Counted from the first letter of the stretch, positions 11,109 to 23,670 are shown. The stretch is 64,000 nt of DNA from Candidatus Marinacidobacterales bacterium (GCA_965237955.1 OZ250169.1:128001-192000), one strand, 5' to 3'. Translations and numbers: made by a program. Notes: generated by a model from the sequence alone, not told the origin.

Positions 11109-11914
11109 GGTACTGTCAAATTGAGCTGGTGACTGACAGAATGGTCCAATGAAGACCGATGCGCCAAGCTACCACGGCTATCGATTTCCACCGGAAATCA
11201 TCAGCCACGCCGTCTGGCTCTACCACCGATTCTGCGTGAGCTTTCGAAACGTCGAAGAGCTGCTTGCTCAGCGAGGCATCACGGTTTCTTACGAAGCGGT
11301 CCGACTTTGGTGCATCAAGTTCGGGCCGGAATACGCTCGGCGACTGAAGCGTCGGCAAGGTCGTCTCGGTGACACGTGGCACCTAGACGAGGTCTTCATA
11401 AAGATACAAGGTGAACGCCAATACCTCTGGCGGGCGGTAGACCAAGATGGTGATGTGATTGATATCCTCGTCCAGCCTCGCCGTGATCGGAAAGCCGCCA
11501 AACGATTCTTCCGCAAGCTGTTGAAGGGGCAAGGCCGCCCGCCCTGGCAGCTGGTCACCGACAAGCTGAGAAGCTACAGCGTCGCTCACCGCGAGGTCAT
11601 GCCGTCCGTCGTCCACGACACCGACCAGTACAGAAACAACCTAGCCGAAGTCTCGCACGAACCGACGCGACAACGGGAACGACAGATGCGGAAGTTTAAA
11701 TCTCCAGGACAGGCGCAACGATTCTTGACCGTGCATGGACTCGTGCAAAACCTCTTTCGCGTCGGACGGCATTTGTTGCAAGCGCATCATCATCGGGAGC
11801 TACGAGACCGCGCTTTCATCGTCTGGCACGAGGTAACCTGTGCCGTCCGATGAGAGCAAAGGAAGTCAGCTCGACGCGATAGGTTCGCTCGCTCAACGTC
11901 AACTTGACAATACC
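11109..11914 (+). mobile_element. IS6-family element, copy 2 (transposase 11149..11853)
   Basis: Near-identical protein to 6278..6979, inverted orientation; IRs GGTACTGTCAAA / TTGACAATACC. Confidence 0.95.
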
Positions 11915-11936
11915 CTCAGCGATGTTGGCACAGAGG

Positions 11937-12743
11937 GATTGCGCTGTCGGCTGCCCGCCGGCCCCGATGCGAGCAGGGCGCCCTTGCGCGGCGGTATCAG
12001 CACCCTCGGCGAGCGATGAGCGCTGTGATTCTCGATCGCCTCATAGACGCCGCCGGCGTCGTATGCGGTGTCAGCTCTGGCCGATGAAATGGGACTGTCG
12101 ATCTGTCCGACAAGCGATGCAACCCGCGATGAATCGCGGGCTCTTTTGCTCGTCAGCTCGCCGGCGACGACTTCGCCACTCTGCTCGTCGACACACAGAT
12201 GGAGCTTGCGATAGTCCCTGCTCTTTGGTGCTCTGCGCAGCTGGCCGGCGTGGACAGCGAGACCGCTGCTGTCGATCAAGATGTGCAACGGCGTCTTCTG
12301 CTTGTCTTGGTAGAAGGGGACCTTACCCAGCTTCGCCTTGCGCCTCGAGATCGTGGTGTGATCGGGCACATCATTGTCTAGCTTCATCAGAGCGAACAAC
12401 GATCGTAGCAATCCCTCGCTCTGCCTAGATGACAGATGAAACACCATGCCCAAGGTGACAGCCGTCTCGATGGCGTGGTTCGAGTACTTGCGTTGACGGC
12501 CCGGTTTCCTCCTCCTCGGCCGGGGCGCGTCCCAGTTCACAAGCTTGCCGGCGGTGAGCGAGACCCAGACGGTCAGGCTCCCGCGGTTGCGTAGACCCGC
12601 CTCATATTCACGCCAATTCCTCACGCGATAGGCCTTCTTCACATACTTCCGCTGAGTGCGTTTGAAAATGCTCATGGGGAACCTCGAATCCGCGAGTACA
12701 GGACAATTGTGGACCGAGATCGCGAGTTGTGCACCAAGGCACC
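11937..12743 (-). mobile_element. IS5-family type B, left end plus N-terminal part of the transposase (start 12675)
   Basis: IR GGTGCCTTGGTGCACAACTC; YRVRNWREYEAGLRNRG, IDSSG, YRKLH, ADTAYD; truncated at ...SRQRN. Confidence 0.9.
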
Positions 12744-12886
12744 GACGGGGCACTGGCTCTGCGATAGGCGCTCCCGAGCAGACCTCTCATTCTAGCTCCC
12801 GTTGCCAACCAAGCCTAGACACCTCTCATCCGAAACGCCCCGGTGCGCCGGTCTTGAGTTCGTTTGTATTTTTGGACACGACGGGC

Positions 12887-14968
12887 TCACGAATGAACTC
12901 CACGTAGAGCGTTGACAAGTAGCTCCCACGCAGCAGGGGCCTTTTCGCCATTTAGCACCATGTTGTTTGGTGTGAGAACAACGTTCCGTCGGGAAGAGAG
13001 CGTCAGTTTTCGAGGGTAATTTTGAAGCGCCGGTACTGACCTTTCCCACAAGGCAACGCTTCGCGCAATCACGACAAGAGCTCCACGCTCCATCGCGGAT
13101 GCGACTAGAGAGAATCCGTAGACCTGACTTAGAACCCTGCAAGAGCCGCTCTTGTGCTGAGTGCTCTTGTATGGAAACCATTCGACAACCGCGAGTCGTT
13201 GCGCAAGGGTCGAAAGAGGGATGACTTCGGCGAGCATACTCGTCTTTTCGATCCACCAGCGACCGCCTGGGTGAGCATCCCGGAATCGCGGGTCAAAGAA
13301 GTAGAACGGCCATTTCGACGGTACGTGACGCAGGTTCGAAATCAAGGCGGTACGAAACTCTGGATCTGCATGCGACGTGGCGTCCTTAGGACCGAAACCA
13401 GGGTTGAGCTGGAGAACGACCACCGGAGCAGTCTTGACCGCACCGACGAAAGGCTCTGGGATCACAGCCTCAATCTCGATTCGGCAACGGCTATCAGACG
13501 GAAGTTTCGCGTTGAACGCTTCGACACATGTTCGATCATCTGGCAGGACGTATGGGGGGCTCGATGGAAGTGCTAGCCAGGGATTAATCATGTTGTTGCG
13601 AGAGCGGGAGTCAGCATCAAAGGGTGCATCTTCCTCGTCGTCGGCCGCGCTTTGCTTCCAACCATCGACTATCGCTGAAAGCAGCTGCCCGAGAGGCTTC
13701 GAAATCGTTGGCCATTCGTCTCTGGACATACCGACAACTATGGCGCTGTAGCTTTTCTGACTTTTCTGGTTCCTGAAAGCCACTGGCACATCCGTACAGA
13801 ACTCGTTTACGGCATCATCGCATGCAACTTCTACTGCCCTCGGCGTCAGTGTGAGGAGCAGAGAGCCGGGCTGTTTTGAGTCGAGGTGGAGGGTTGCGTA
13901 ACGTCGTCGCGCAGTGGGCTTTCCCTCACTCCGCTCGTGCAGGGTGAAGGAGTAGTAGCCAGTCTCATGGGGCCATCGGTAGCTGGGCATTCGAGCCTCT
14001 ATGAAGCTTGCCACCTTTTCAAGGAATTCTTTAACCCCGAGACGCTCGGCCGCTTCGTGTAAGACCGCTTGATTGCTCTCTTTCGTGTTTTTAGTGGGAG
14101 TGGCCCCGCCTGCTCGCCTCATGCTCGCGGTGCCATCGATAACACCACCGTGGTCCCTACCGTCAACATAGTCGCCATGCGGCGGTTCCAGGATATCTCT
14201 AGCTCTAGCTGCAATTTCTCTTGCTTTTCTATTTTTTTCAGCTGGAGGAGGTTGAGTATTCACATCACCTACTTGTTCTGGAGTAAGAATAAATCGTTCA
14301 TATCGTTTAGCATTCTCTCCGGCCCCGATAAAAGTCGTGCAGGCGATCTTTCCGATGACGTAGGTGCTGGAAGCGTCGAAGGTTCCACCTACGACACCTC
14401 CAGCGATCGGGATCATCTTGCCGAAGTTGATGGTGCCTTTCGACCCAAACTTGGTAAGGAGACGAAAGCCCACCTCTTTGTTGATTTTCTTGAGCACCTT
14501 GCCGGGGACTTTCTTGATGGCCTGCTCGATGAGTTTGGCGCCGAGCTTGATGCCGGCGTCTTTGACGACATCCCCCGCCGCCTTTCCACACATGCAGGCG
14601 TAGCACAGAGTCCGAACTTGGTCATTCCGAATATCGTGCCCCGATAGATGTGCGACCGCCGCGATCATGCGAATTTGGACGTACATGACACTCGCAATGT
14701 TGGCCGGCATCGCAACCGGCATCGCGATCACGCCCCCGAGTCCCGATAAGAATCCAGACGTGCCAGCCTTCATGACCTGCCACCGAATCAATCGACGGGC
14801 GCGCTCTTCCAGGGAGCCCGTGCTCGCTGCGTAGTGGTTCCCGATATCCTGTGCCGACTCTAGGATGGGACTGTCCTCCACCACGAGATCGTAGAGCCGG
14901 TCGAGCCACTTCATGATGTGGTCTGAGCCGAGCTTCATGATCTCTGCATCGATCTTCTTCCTTGCCAC
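12887..14968 (-). CDS. Multidomain protein: EcsC-like N-terminus, unknown middle domain, C-terminal UDG-superfamily domain
   Basis: KAGTSGFLSGLGG..AMPANIASVMYVQIRM...GKMIPIAGGVVGG (EcsC-like); PEPFVG..APVVVLQLNPG and VEWFPYKS (UDG-like). Confidence 0.7.
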   Translation of the reverse strand: MARKKIDAEIMKLGSDHIMKWLDRLYDLVVEDSPILESAQDIGNHYAASTGSLEERARRLIRWQVMKAGTSGFLSGLGGVIAMPVAMPANIASVMYVQIRMIAAVAHLSGHDIRNDQVRTLCYACMCGKAAGDVVKDAGIKLGAKLIEQAIKKVPGKVLKKINKEVGFRLLTKFGSKGTINFGKMIPIAGGVVGGTFDASSTYVIGKIACTTFIGAGENAKRYERFILTPEQVGDVNTQPPPAEKNRKAREIAARARDILEPPHGDYVDGRDHGGVIDGTASMRRAGGATPTKNTKESNQAVLHEAAERLGVKEFLEKVASFIEARMPSYRWPHETGYYSFTLHERSEGKPTARRRYATLHLDSKQPGSLLLTLTPRAVEVACDDAVNEFCTDVPVAFRNQKSQKSYSAIVVGMSRDEWPTISKPLGQLLSAIVDGWKQSAADDEEDAPFDADSRSRNNMINPWLALPSSPPYVLPDDRTCVEAFNAKLPSDSRCRIEIEAVIPEPFVGAVKTAPVVVLQLNPGFGPKDATSHADPEFRTALISNLRHVPSKWPFYFFDPRFRDAHPGGRWWIEKTSMLAEVIPLSTLAQRLAVVEWFPYKSTQHKSGSCRVLSQVYGFSLVASAMERGALVVIARSVALWERSVPALQNYPRKLTLSSRRNVVLTPNNMVLNGEKAPAAWELLVNALRGVHS

Positions 14969-15088
14969 CAGGTGGGACCTTCCTTGGCTTCAGACTCTCA
15001 GGGGGAGCTCTGTAAGGCTACGCCGACCAAATAAGGAGTATGGACCAAGTGGTGCTTGTGCTGTTTGCTGTTGGTAATGTGTACGTAC

Positions 15089-15207
15089 CCGTCCTGTGCC
15101 AAAACTCGGCCCTCTTGAAATAGCCGATAAATCAGCAGCTTAGCGTCTGTGTTTTGCGACCGGGCCAAGGGCCGTGGGCTCTACAATCGTCTGGCCCGAG
15201 GGTGTTA
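15089..15207 (+). mobile_element. rve-IS left end interrupted by IS3
   Basis: Matches the reverse complement of 41985..42101. Confidence 0.85.
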
Positions 15208-16521
<1,314 letters not shown>

Positions 16522-17183
16522 CTCGCCGGCTGCGACGTGCATCTGTGCAATCCGACATCGGAGTTCCTTTAAATCAACACCGGCAACGGCTTGCTCCATA
16601 CGACTTAGCGCACGGCCCCTACGGATGAGGGACAGCCAGCGCCGTTTGATTACCTCCCAATCGAGGTCGTCTCCGCGTGATGTGTACGCGAACCCCTCCT
16701 TGATCTCCTTGGCGAGATGCTCGTTGCCGCCTGTCTGCCAAAGCCATGGCAAGCGAGCGACGCCGAGGGCTGAGGCCAGATAAAAACGGGCATGCTCTGG
16801 GCTGCTCGCTTTCGCTGGCGTCGATAACGCCCAGCATCCAAGGGCGGCAGCAAGCTCAACGGATCGGATAGCCCCAGCGAACTCCTGCTGCTTCGGTGCC
16901 GTCTGATACCGCTGCTCCAACCAGCCAGTACTTTCCTTGCCCGCAGCGTTGAAGAACAGAGGCAGCCAAATCGCCAACGTGGCGTCGAAGAATTCCTGCT
17001 CAGAAACCCAGGCTTCGGCCAGCCCTGCCCTGAAAAGGATGGCGGCCACCTTCAAATCGGCTGCGAGCAGCTCGGGCCGCCGTTCGCTTAAGAACTCCGC
17101 GTCGGCCAGGCGTTTGGCAACCTGTTTGATGATCTTCAGACCCCGCTTCCGTTCCTTCTCCGACGCGGGTAGTAACGTTGGCC
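16522..17183 (-). pseudogene. Internal fragment of an unidentified protein gene, cut by IS at both ends
   Basis: About 220 protein-like open codons bounded directly by the IS5 and IS3 IRs. Confidence 0.55.
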
Positions 17184-17478
17184 TGCCTTGGTGCACAACT
17201 CCGATAGAGGCCGAGAGCTCGCTTGGCCCCGACTCCCATCATCCGATCATCTCGCTATCAGGCATCCCGAGCGCCGTCATGGTGTTGAGAATCTTGCACC
17301 CGATCCTTGCCTCGACTCTCTGTGCCGCCAACCCTCTCGCTCGCATCGCTGAGCCCACGATAGCCTTGTAGCGATGGAACGTTGTCTCGACTTTGCTCCG
17401 TTTGCTGTAGCCCGATTCTGTGTGCCACTTTCGTTTGCCGAGCCGAGCTTGTGCTGCAATGTTGCGATTACGCTGTCG
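17184..17478 (-). mobile_element. IS5-family type B, C-terminal transposase fragment plus right end
   Basis: RNRNIAA..GY SKRSKVET..RYK...LNTMTALGMP; IR TGCCTTGGTGCACAACTC at 17184. Confidence 0.85.
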
Positions 17479-17689
17479 ACGGTGTCTACGTCTTGCCGAG
17501 CGTCCCGGAAAACGAGCCGCGAGCCCGCCGCACGAGTCGTTCTTCGCAAGGCCCATTACTACACTCTTGGTTCACTCACCCAACGTGCCCCTAAGTCGTT
17601 GGATCACGACGAAGGGACTTCAGATCACTTCTGTCGGTTGCCGAGCCTCTGCACTTCAACTAGCATTCTTATTTTCATCCTGGTTTTGC

Positions 17690-18671
17690 ATGCCCAGAAA
17701 CGCGCAGGTTGTTCGACAGTGGCTCTTACTGGAGAGACTCGAACGCTCGAAGGGAGCGACCCTGGACGAGCTCGTGGACAGCTTACCGTCCGACCATCCG
17801 TGCCACGCGCGCACGGTTCGGCGCGATCTCGAGGCGCTCGAAGCCCGGTTTCCGCTCATCACAGAACGAAGACGGGGCAAGACCATATGGCGCCTCATGG
17901 ACGGCTTCGACCGAACAATCCGCCTCGCGTTCTCCCAGACAGAACTTATGGCGCTTGTATTCTCGAAGGATCTTCTAAGGCCGCTCGACGGTACCGAGCT
18001 CAAATCCTCGCTGGATTCGGCATTCAACAAGATGGTTGCCGTGTTGCCTTCTGATGGAACCGGTTTCATCGCTCACCTCAGAGATTTCTTCTCCGTGGGG
18101 CTTGGGCCACACAAAAAATACAAAGAACATCGCAACACGATTGAATGTCTCACGCGTGCAATCTCCCAGTCGCGGAGCGTTCAGATCCGGTACTTTGCCG
18201 CATCGCGGAACGTGACGACTCGGCGAAGCGTCGATCCGTACCGCCTTTGGTACGCGCAGGGTGCCCTCTACCTGATTGGGTTTTGCCATCTACGCCGAGA
18301 CGTTCGAATGTTCGCCGTCGACCGTATTCGGTCGATAACAACGACGAACAAGCCGTGCCAAATGCCCCTGGGCTTCGATGTCCAAGAATACGTGGCGGAC
18401 GCCTTGCTCATCATGAGAGGAGCCCCGATCGACGTGCAGCTGAGTTTCCATCGGACTGTTGCACCTTGGGTGTGTGACCGAAACTGGCACTCGAGTCAGA
18501 AAGTCAAAAGCGTCAAAGGAGGGGCGGTTATGTATGACGCTGCGAGTCGCCGAGACTGCAGAGCTGGTCGGATGGATTCTGAGCTTCGGAAGCAATGTCC
18601 GAGTCCTCTCCCCGCGTTCACTACGAGATCGTGTCCATGAAGAAGCGCGAAAAATTCTCCGCGAAGCGTGA
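17690..18671 (+). CDS. HTH-WYL-WCX transcriptional regulator (apparent +1 frameshift near 18522)
   Basis: RTVRRDLEAL HTH; RSVDPYRL..LYLIGFCHLRRDVRMFAVDRI WYL domain; ELVGWILSFGSNVRVLSP continues in another frame after a G-run. Confidence 0.9.
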
Positions 18672-18700
18672 CCCCGGATGTCACGCTCCTACGCTATTAT
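18665..18700 (+). promoter_or_regulatory. Palindromic operator and putative -10 box upstream of cas3
   Basis: AGCGTGAC-N7-GTCACGCT perfect inverted repeat (18665..18687) followed by TATTAT (18695..18700). Confidence 0.55.
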
Positions 18701-18736
18701 CGTTATTGACCGCTCGGAGATGAAACTGGAGGATCG

Positions 18737-21454
18737 GTGACACGCGAATACTCGTCTTGGTTCAGCAGAGCGACCGAACACGCGGAGCCGCGGCTCTGGC
18801 AGCAGACTCTCGCCGAATCTAGAACGTGCACGGATCGATTGATCCGCATCCCCACAGGGTTGGGCAAAACGGAGGCGGTTCTCGGTGCATGGGCCTGGAA
18901 CCGGCTGATTCGGCGTGACTCGACTTGGCCTCGACGCCTCGTCTGGTGCCTTCCGATGCGTGTGCTCGTACAACAGAGTCTGGCTGTCGCACAGAAGTTC
19001 CTCGAATCCATGCCCGTACGCAACACGGGGCCAGAGAAAGTCCAAGTATGCCCGTTAATGGGGGGCGCCGATGTCGAAGACTGGCATCTTCACCCCGAGC
19101 AACCGGCGGTTCTGATCGGCACGCAAGATATGCTCCTGTCGCGCGCGCTGAACCGTGGCTACGCCACCGGACGCGCACGATGGCCGATGGAATACGGCCT
19201 TCTCAACCACGATTGCCTTTGGATCATGGATGAGATCCAGCTCATGGACGTCGGGTTGACCACGAGCGTACAGCTTCAGGCGTTTCGTCGCGGGGATGCT
19301 GCCAAGTCGCTGCGGCCTTGCCGCACGTGGTGGATGAGCGCAACTCTTCAGCCCGACTGGTTCGAGACGTTGGACTCGCGACCGTGGCTACCGGAACTTC
19401 GCGAACGTATGGTCCAGGTAGGAGCGGAGGAGCGACATGGAGATCTGTGGCAGGCGCCAAAGCCCTTGACCGTGCACAGAATTCCGGCGGAGGAGGACAA
19501 GCACGCGGAGCGGTTGGCCGAAGTCGTGTGGGAAGCTCATTGGAAGGCCGAGCCGGCCGGTTCGGGTCGATTCACTCTAGCTATCGTCAACAGGGTGGAA
19601 ACGGCGACTCGGCTCTACGGAACACTCAAGAAGCTGTTGGGGGCCGAGCCGGTGCAGCCCGATCTCCGTCTGATTCACAGTCGATTTCGAGGAATAGAGC
19701 GGTCCCATTGGCCGGAGGAATTTCTGTCCAGACGTCATTCCACCGATGCCGCCACGGACCGGATCATCGTCTCGACTCAAGTGGTCGAGGCCGGTGTGGA
19801 TGTGTCGGCCACGGCTCTCGTAACAGAGCTCGCGCCCTGGCCGAGTCTGGTGCAGCGATTCGGACGCGCCGCACGATACGGCGGCGAGGCTACAGTGCAC
19901 GTGATCGAGCGTGACCTGAAAGGCAAGGACTGCCTGCCGTACGACGAGACCGAATTGGTGGCTGCGAGTAGTGCCCTCTCGCGGCTTGCTGACGTCGGTC
20001 TCGCGACTCTGGAGAATCTCGAATACGCGTTGCGAGATGAGGATCCTGATTCTTTGAAGCGTTTATACCCGTACGCTCCGCTGCATGTTCTCACGCGACG
20101 CGAATGTGACGAGCTGTTCGACACGAGCGCGGATTTGAGCGGTGCTGATCTGGATGTCAGCCGCTTCATCCGTAGCGGGGATGACCGGGATCTGTTCGTC
20201 TCCTGGTTGAACGTAGATGGGGACGCAAATCATCCTGCCGTCGAGTTTCAACCTCGCCGCGAGGGATTGTGTCCGGTCCCGGTGCCTACAGCGCGCAAGT
20301 GGTTGTTCAAGAGCAGACAACTCAAGGAGGGTTGCCGAGCGTGGATCTGGGACTATGTGGACGGCCGGTGGCGGCGGTTGAGGGCGGATGACTGCTACCC
20401 CGGTCAGACGATAATTGTCGACGCGACCTGGGGTGGTTATGACACGAAGACCGGCTTCACGGGTGCAGCTCGAGGGAAACAAGAGAACCCCGTACCTACC
20501 GAGGGTACGCTCGCGATTTCAGCGCAAGACGCCGTTGCGGATCGCGCTCAAGCACGGGATGACCTCAGCGAGCAGGCTAGTTGGAAGACGATCGCGACCC
20601 ATGGCGACGAAGTGGCTCAAAAAGCGCGCGAGCTGGCCGAGGTACTCGACATCCGCGCCGAACTGGTTCCGCTGCTCGATCTAGCCGGCCGACTCCACGA
20701 CTGGGGGAAAGCCCATCCTGCGTTTCAGTCCTCCATCATCGAGTCCGGGACCGAGGCGCGCCCCGAGCGGCGGGACCTTGCAAAGGCGCCGCGCGAGGCG
20801 TGGGTCCCGCTGAAGGAACTCTACAGCAAGGATGCAACAATCGGCAGACGCCGTGGATTCCGCCACGAGCTCGCCAGTACGCTGGCGCTTTTCGAGTTGT
20901 TGCGGCGGATCGATCCCCACCACCAAGCCCTGCTTGGAGAGCAGCGGGAGCTCATCGAGGCCGGTGTGCTGAAGCCGGAGCTCGACGAGCCACGTTCAGC
21001 CGATGGACCGCTCGCCACGCTGCTTTTGGCGCTCGACGCCGGTGCCTTCAACTTGCTCGCCTATCTTGTGTGCTGCCATCACGGGAAAGTGCGCGGCACG
21101 TGGCAGAGCACCTCCCGGGACCAGGAGTTTCCGAGCCTCGACTCCAAATACGCCGGCCGAGGTCAGCCCCTGCACGGTGTGCGACACGGCGATGTCGTGC
21201 CGGCAACACTCATGATCGCGCCCAACGGGAACGTTGTAGAATTGCCAGCTCTCACTCTTCACCTCGATCCCGCAACCTTGGGTTTGTCCGGGCGTTACGG
21301 GTCCAGTTGGACCGAGCGTGTCCAGCAGCTCTTTGCGTCGCATGGTCCATTCACCCTGGCTTATCTCGAAGCCATACTGCGTGTGGCCGACGTTCGGGCT
21401 TCGCGACTCGACACTGGCGATCCTCTACTGATGACGGAGGGTGTGTCGGTATGA
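18737..21454 (+). CDS. cas3: Type I-G Cas3 helicase with C-terminal HD nuclease
   Basis: PTGLGKT, DEIQ, MSAT, HSRFR, TQVVEAGVD, QRFGRAAR; C-terminal H...LHDWGK...HE...HHG. Confidence 0.95.
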   Translation: MTREYSSWFSRATEHAEPRLWQQTLAESRTCTDRLIRIPTGLGKTEAVLGAWAWNRLIRRDSTWPRRLVWCLPMRVLVQQSLAVAQKFLESMPVRNTGPEKVQVCPLMGGADVEDWHLHPEQPAVLIGTQDMLLSRALNRGYATGRARWPMEYGLLNHDCLWIMDEIQLMDVGLTTSVQLQAFRRGDAAKSLRPCRTWWMSATLQPDWFETLDSRPWLPELRERMVQVGAEERHGDLWQAPKPLTVHRIPAEEDKHAERLAEVVWEAHWKAEPAGSGRFTLAIVNRVETATRLYGTLKKLLGAEPVQPDLRLIHSRFRGIERSHWPEEFLSRRHSTDAATDRIIVSTQVVEAGVDVSATALVTELAPWPSLVQRFGRAARYGGEATVHVIERDLKGKDCLPYDETELVAASSALSRLADVGLATLENLEYALRDEDPDSLKRLYPYAPLHVLTRRECDELFDTSADLSGADLDVSRFIRSGDDRDLFVSWLNVDGDANHPAVEFQPRREGLCPVPVPTARKWLFKSRQLKEGCRAWIWDYVDGRWRRLRADDCYPGQTIIVDATWGGYDTKTGFTGAARGKQENPVPTEGTLAISAQDAVADRAQARDDLSEQASWKTIATHGDEVAQKARELAEVLDIRAELVPLLDLAGRLHDWGKAHPAFQSSIIESGTEARPERRDLAKAPREAWVPLKELYSKDATIGRRRGFRHELASTLALFELLRRIDPHHQALLGEQRELIEAGVLKPELDEPRSADGPLATLLLALDAGAFNLLAYLVCCHHGKVRGTWQSTSRDQEFPSLDSKYAGRGQPLHGVRHGDVVPATLMIAPNGNVVELPALTLHLDPATLGLSGRYGSSWTERVQQLFASHGPFTLAYLEAILRVADVRASRLDTGDPLLMTEGVSV

Positions 21455-23670
21455 CGGTACACGTTCACCATCTCACCGGATGTAGCCCGACGCCTCTCGC
21501 GCACTATCTCAAGGCACTCGGCATCCTTCGCCTCGTCTCGAACCAGAAAGATTCCGCCGCTCGCGGCTGGTGGAAGGAAGAGTCATTCCATCTCGCGACG
21601 AGGCTTGATGGCAACGCTTTGCCGAAGTTTTTCCTCGAGGACTACGAACCCACGCCGCTGGTGGCGCCTTGGAATGGCGGAAGCGGCTTCTACCCGAACG
21701 ACAACAAGGACGGGATCGCGGCGATCACGAAGAATCGCTCAGACCGCTTCGCAGGCTATCGCAAGGCGATCGAAATGGGGCGATCCGCAACGAGCCTAAT
21801 AAAGGCCAGCCCCAAGAACGAGGCGAAGAGTGTTTTCCTGCGCGAATGTCGCCAACGGTGGTCAGGTCCGCTGTTGGAGTGGCTGGAGGCCGCCGTTGTG
21901 CTTGACGGTGATGGGGAGCCTGTTTATCCAGCGCTCCTGGGAACGGGTGGCAACGACGGCCGGCTCGACTTCACGAACAATTTCATGCAACGTCTGGCGG
22001 AGCTGGTCGAATGCGAGCACCCGCAAGCGCCCTCACAGCCCGCCTCCTTGCGATTGCTGGACGCGGCGCTGTTCCGGCATCCGGAGGCCGGTCTGCAGAG
22101 GAGCGCCGTGGGACAGTTCCACCCAGGCAGTGCAGGTGGCGCGAACAGCAGCACGGGCTTCGGCGGCGACAGTCTCGTCAACCCGTGGGATTTTGTCCTG
22201 ATGTTGGAAGGCACTCTTCTTTTCGTCGCTTCCGTGGCGCGGCGCACGATAGCCCACGCTTCACGGCAGGCAGCCGCGCCTTTCGCAGTCCGCTCGTCCG
22301 CTGCAGGTTTTGCAAGCGCCTCGGCGGCGGACAAGAATCGAGATGAACAATGGATGCCGCTATGGGAGCGGCCCGCTACTCTTGGTGAGCTCGCTTCCCT
22401 CATAGCGGAGGGCCGCAGCCAGATTGGGACGCGCCTCGCGGCTCGACCTATCGACTTCGGACGGGCCATCGCTCGCCTTGGCGTTACTCGTGGTATCGCC
22501 GCCTTCGAGCGGTATGGCTATATCGAGCGGAACGGCCAGGCGAACCTTGCAGTCCCGCTCGGCCGCTGGAGAGTCCAAGCACAGCCACATCAGGATCTGA
22601 TCGACGAAGTCGCAGGATGGGTGGAGGGGCTGCGTCGCGCTGGCTCGGATAACTACGCGCCGAACTCGATATCCCGTAGCGCGCGTGCGTGCGAGGAAGC
22701 TATTCTCGCCTGTTGTCGCGACGGACGTAACCCGTCACAGTGGCAGGCGCTGCTAATCGCGGTCGGTGCGGCTGAAGCACAGCTTCCTCGAAGCCCGCGC
22801 TTCGCGGGCTCCAAGGGCCTGCGACCCGTCCCCACGTTGAGTGTCGCTTGGCTCGACGCTGCCGATGACGGCAGCCCTGAGATGCGACTCGCTCTAGCCC
22901 TCGCTTCACAGCATGGCACCAGCGAGAAGCAGACGATCGACTGGCAAGATCCGATCCGTCGTCACTTTCTGCCACTCGAGCAGGGATCGCTCGCCCGAAA
23001 GGCGCGATTCCACGTCAGAAGCGAAGCACTTGCTCTTTCTCCTGAGGTTGTGTGCGTTGGGAACACCCTAGACGGCGTCGCAATCGCGTTAATGCGGCGC
23101 CGTATGGTCGAGGCCGCGCAGAGGGTATCGCCTCAGCTTCCGCTCGTGGCCGTGCGCGGCGCTGAGGCAGGGACGGATGACATTGCCAAGTTCCTCGCGG
23201 GCAGGCTGAACGAGACGGCGATCCTCGACCTAGCCCGACCACTGATGGCATTGAATTGGCATGAACTCCACACGCGGCATTCACAGCATACTACGACCGA
23301 TGCGCTCGGGTCGCTGAGTGTGTACGGTCTCATGCGAATCGCGTACTGGCCACGAGCACTGCAGCTTGCACCTGGAGCCGAGGCAGTGTTGGTCCGCCTG
23401 GATCCAGCTATTTTCTCGCGACTGGATGCTGGTGACCTGTCTGGCGCGGCAGCGTTGGCGATCCGAAGGCTCATCGCTTCCGGACTTCGCCCACGCGTAC
23501 GTCTGGCCGTCGGCAACCCGGAACAAGCGCGGCGCCTCGCCGTAGCGCTCTCGTTTCCGATCAGAGAAAAAGACGCGACCGCACTGGCCCGTCGGTTGAC
23601 GCGACCTGCTGACGCACTCAAGGAACACGACTCTAAATTGACGAACGAACGTAAGGAGACCGTTACGTGA
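21451..23670 (+). CDS. csx17: Type I-G large subunit Cas8g/Csx17
   Basis: PLAHYLKALG, PWNGGSGF, LGTGGNDGRLDF, NPWDFVLMLEG; ATGA overlap with cas3 gives the true start at 21451. Confidence 0.93.
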   Translation: MTVHVHHLTGCSPTPLAHYLKALGILRLVSNQKDSAARGWWKEESFHLATRLDGNALPKFFLEDYEPTPLVAPWNGGSGFYPNDNKDGIAAITKNRSDRFAGYRKAIEMGRSATSLIKASPKNEAKSVFLRECRQRWSGPLLEWLEAAVVLDGDGEPVYPALLGTGGNDGRLDFTNNFMQRLAELVECEHPQAPSQPASLRLLDAALFRHPEAGLQRSAVGQFHPGSAGGANSSTGFGGDSLVNPWDFVLMLEGTLLFVASVARRTIAHASRQAAAPFAVRSSAAGFASASAADKNRDEQWMPLWERPATLGELASLIAEGRSQIGTRLAARPIDFGRAIARLGVTRGIAAFERYGYIERNGQANLAVPLGRWRVQAQPHQDLIDEVAGWVEGLRRAGSDNYAPNSISRSARACEEAILACCRDGRNPSQWQALLIAVGAAEAQLPRSPRFAGSKGLRPVPTLSVAWLDAADDGSPEMRLALALASQHGTSEKQTIDWQDPIRRHFLPLEQGSLARKARFHVRSEALALSPEVVCVGNTLDGVAIALMRRRMVEAAQRVSPQLPLVAVRGAEAGTDDIAKFLAGRLNETAILDLARPLMALNWHELHTRHSQHTTTDALGSLSVYGLMRIAYWPRALQLAPGAEAVLVRLDPAIFSRLDAGDLSGAAALAIRRLIASGLRPRVRLAVGNPEQARRLAVALSFPIREKDATALARRLTRPADALKEHDSKLTNERKETVT

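Noticed and set aside
17420-17689. N-terminal extension of the WYL ORF
   Set aside because: Runs through IS and intergenic DNA; the HTH begins at ATG 17690
20581-21450. Apparent 290-aa N-terminal extension of Csx17 (1029-aa ORF)
   Set aside because: Alternative-frame overlap with cas3; the real start is the ATGA-coupled ATG at 21451
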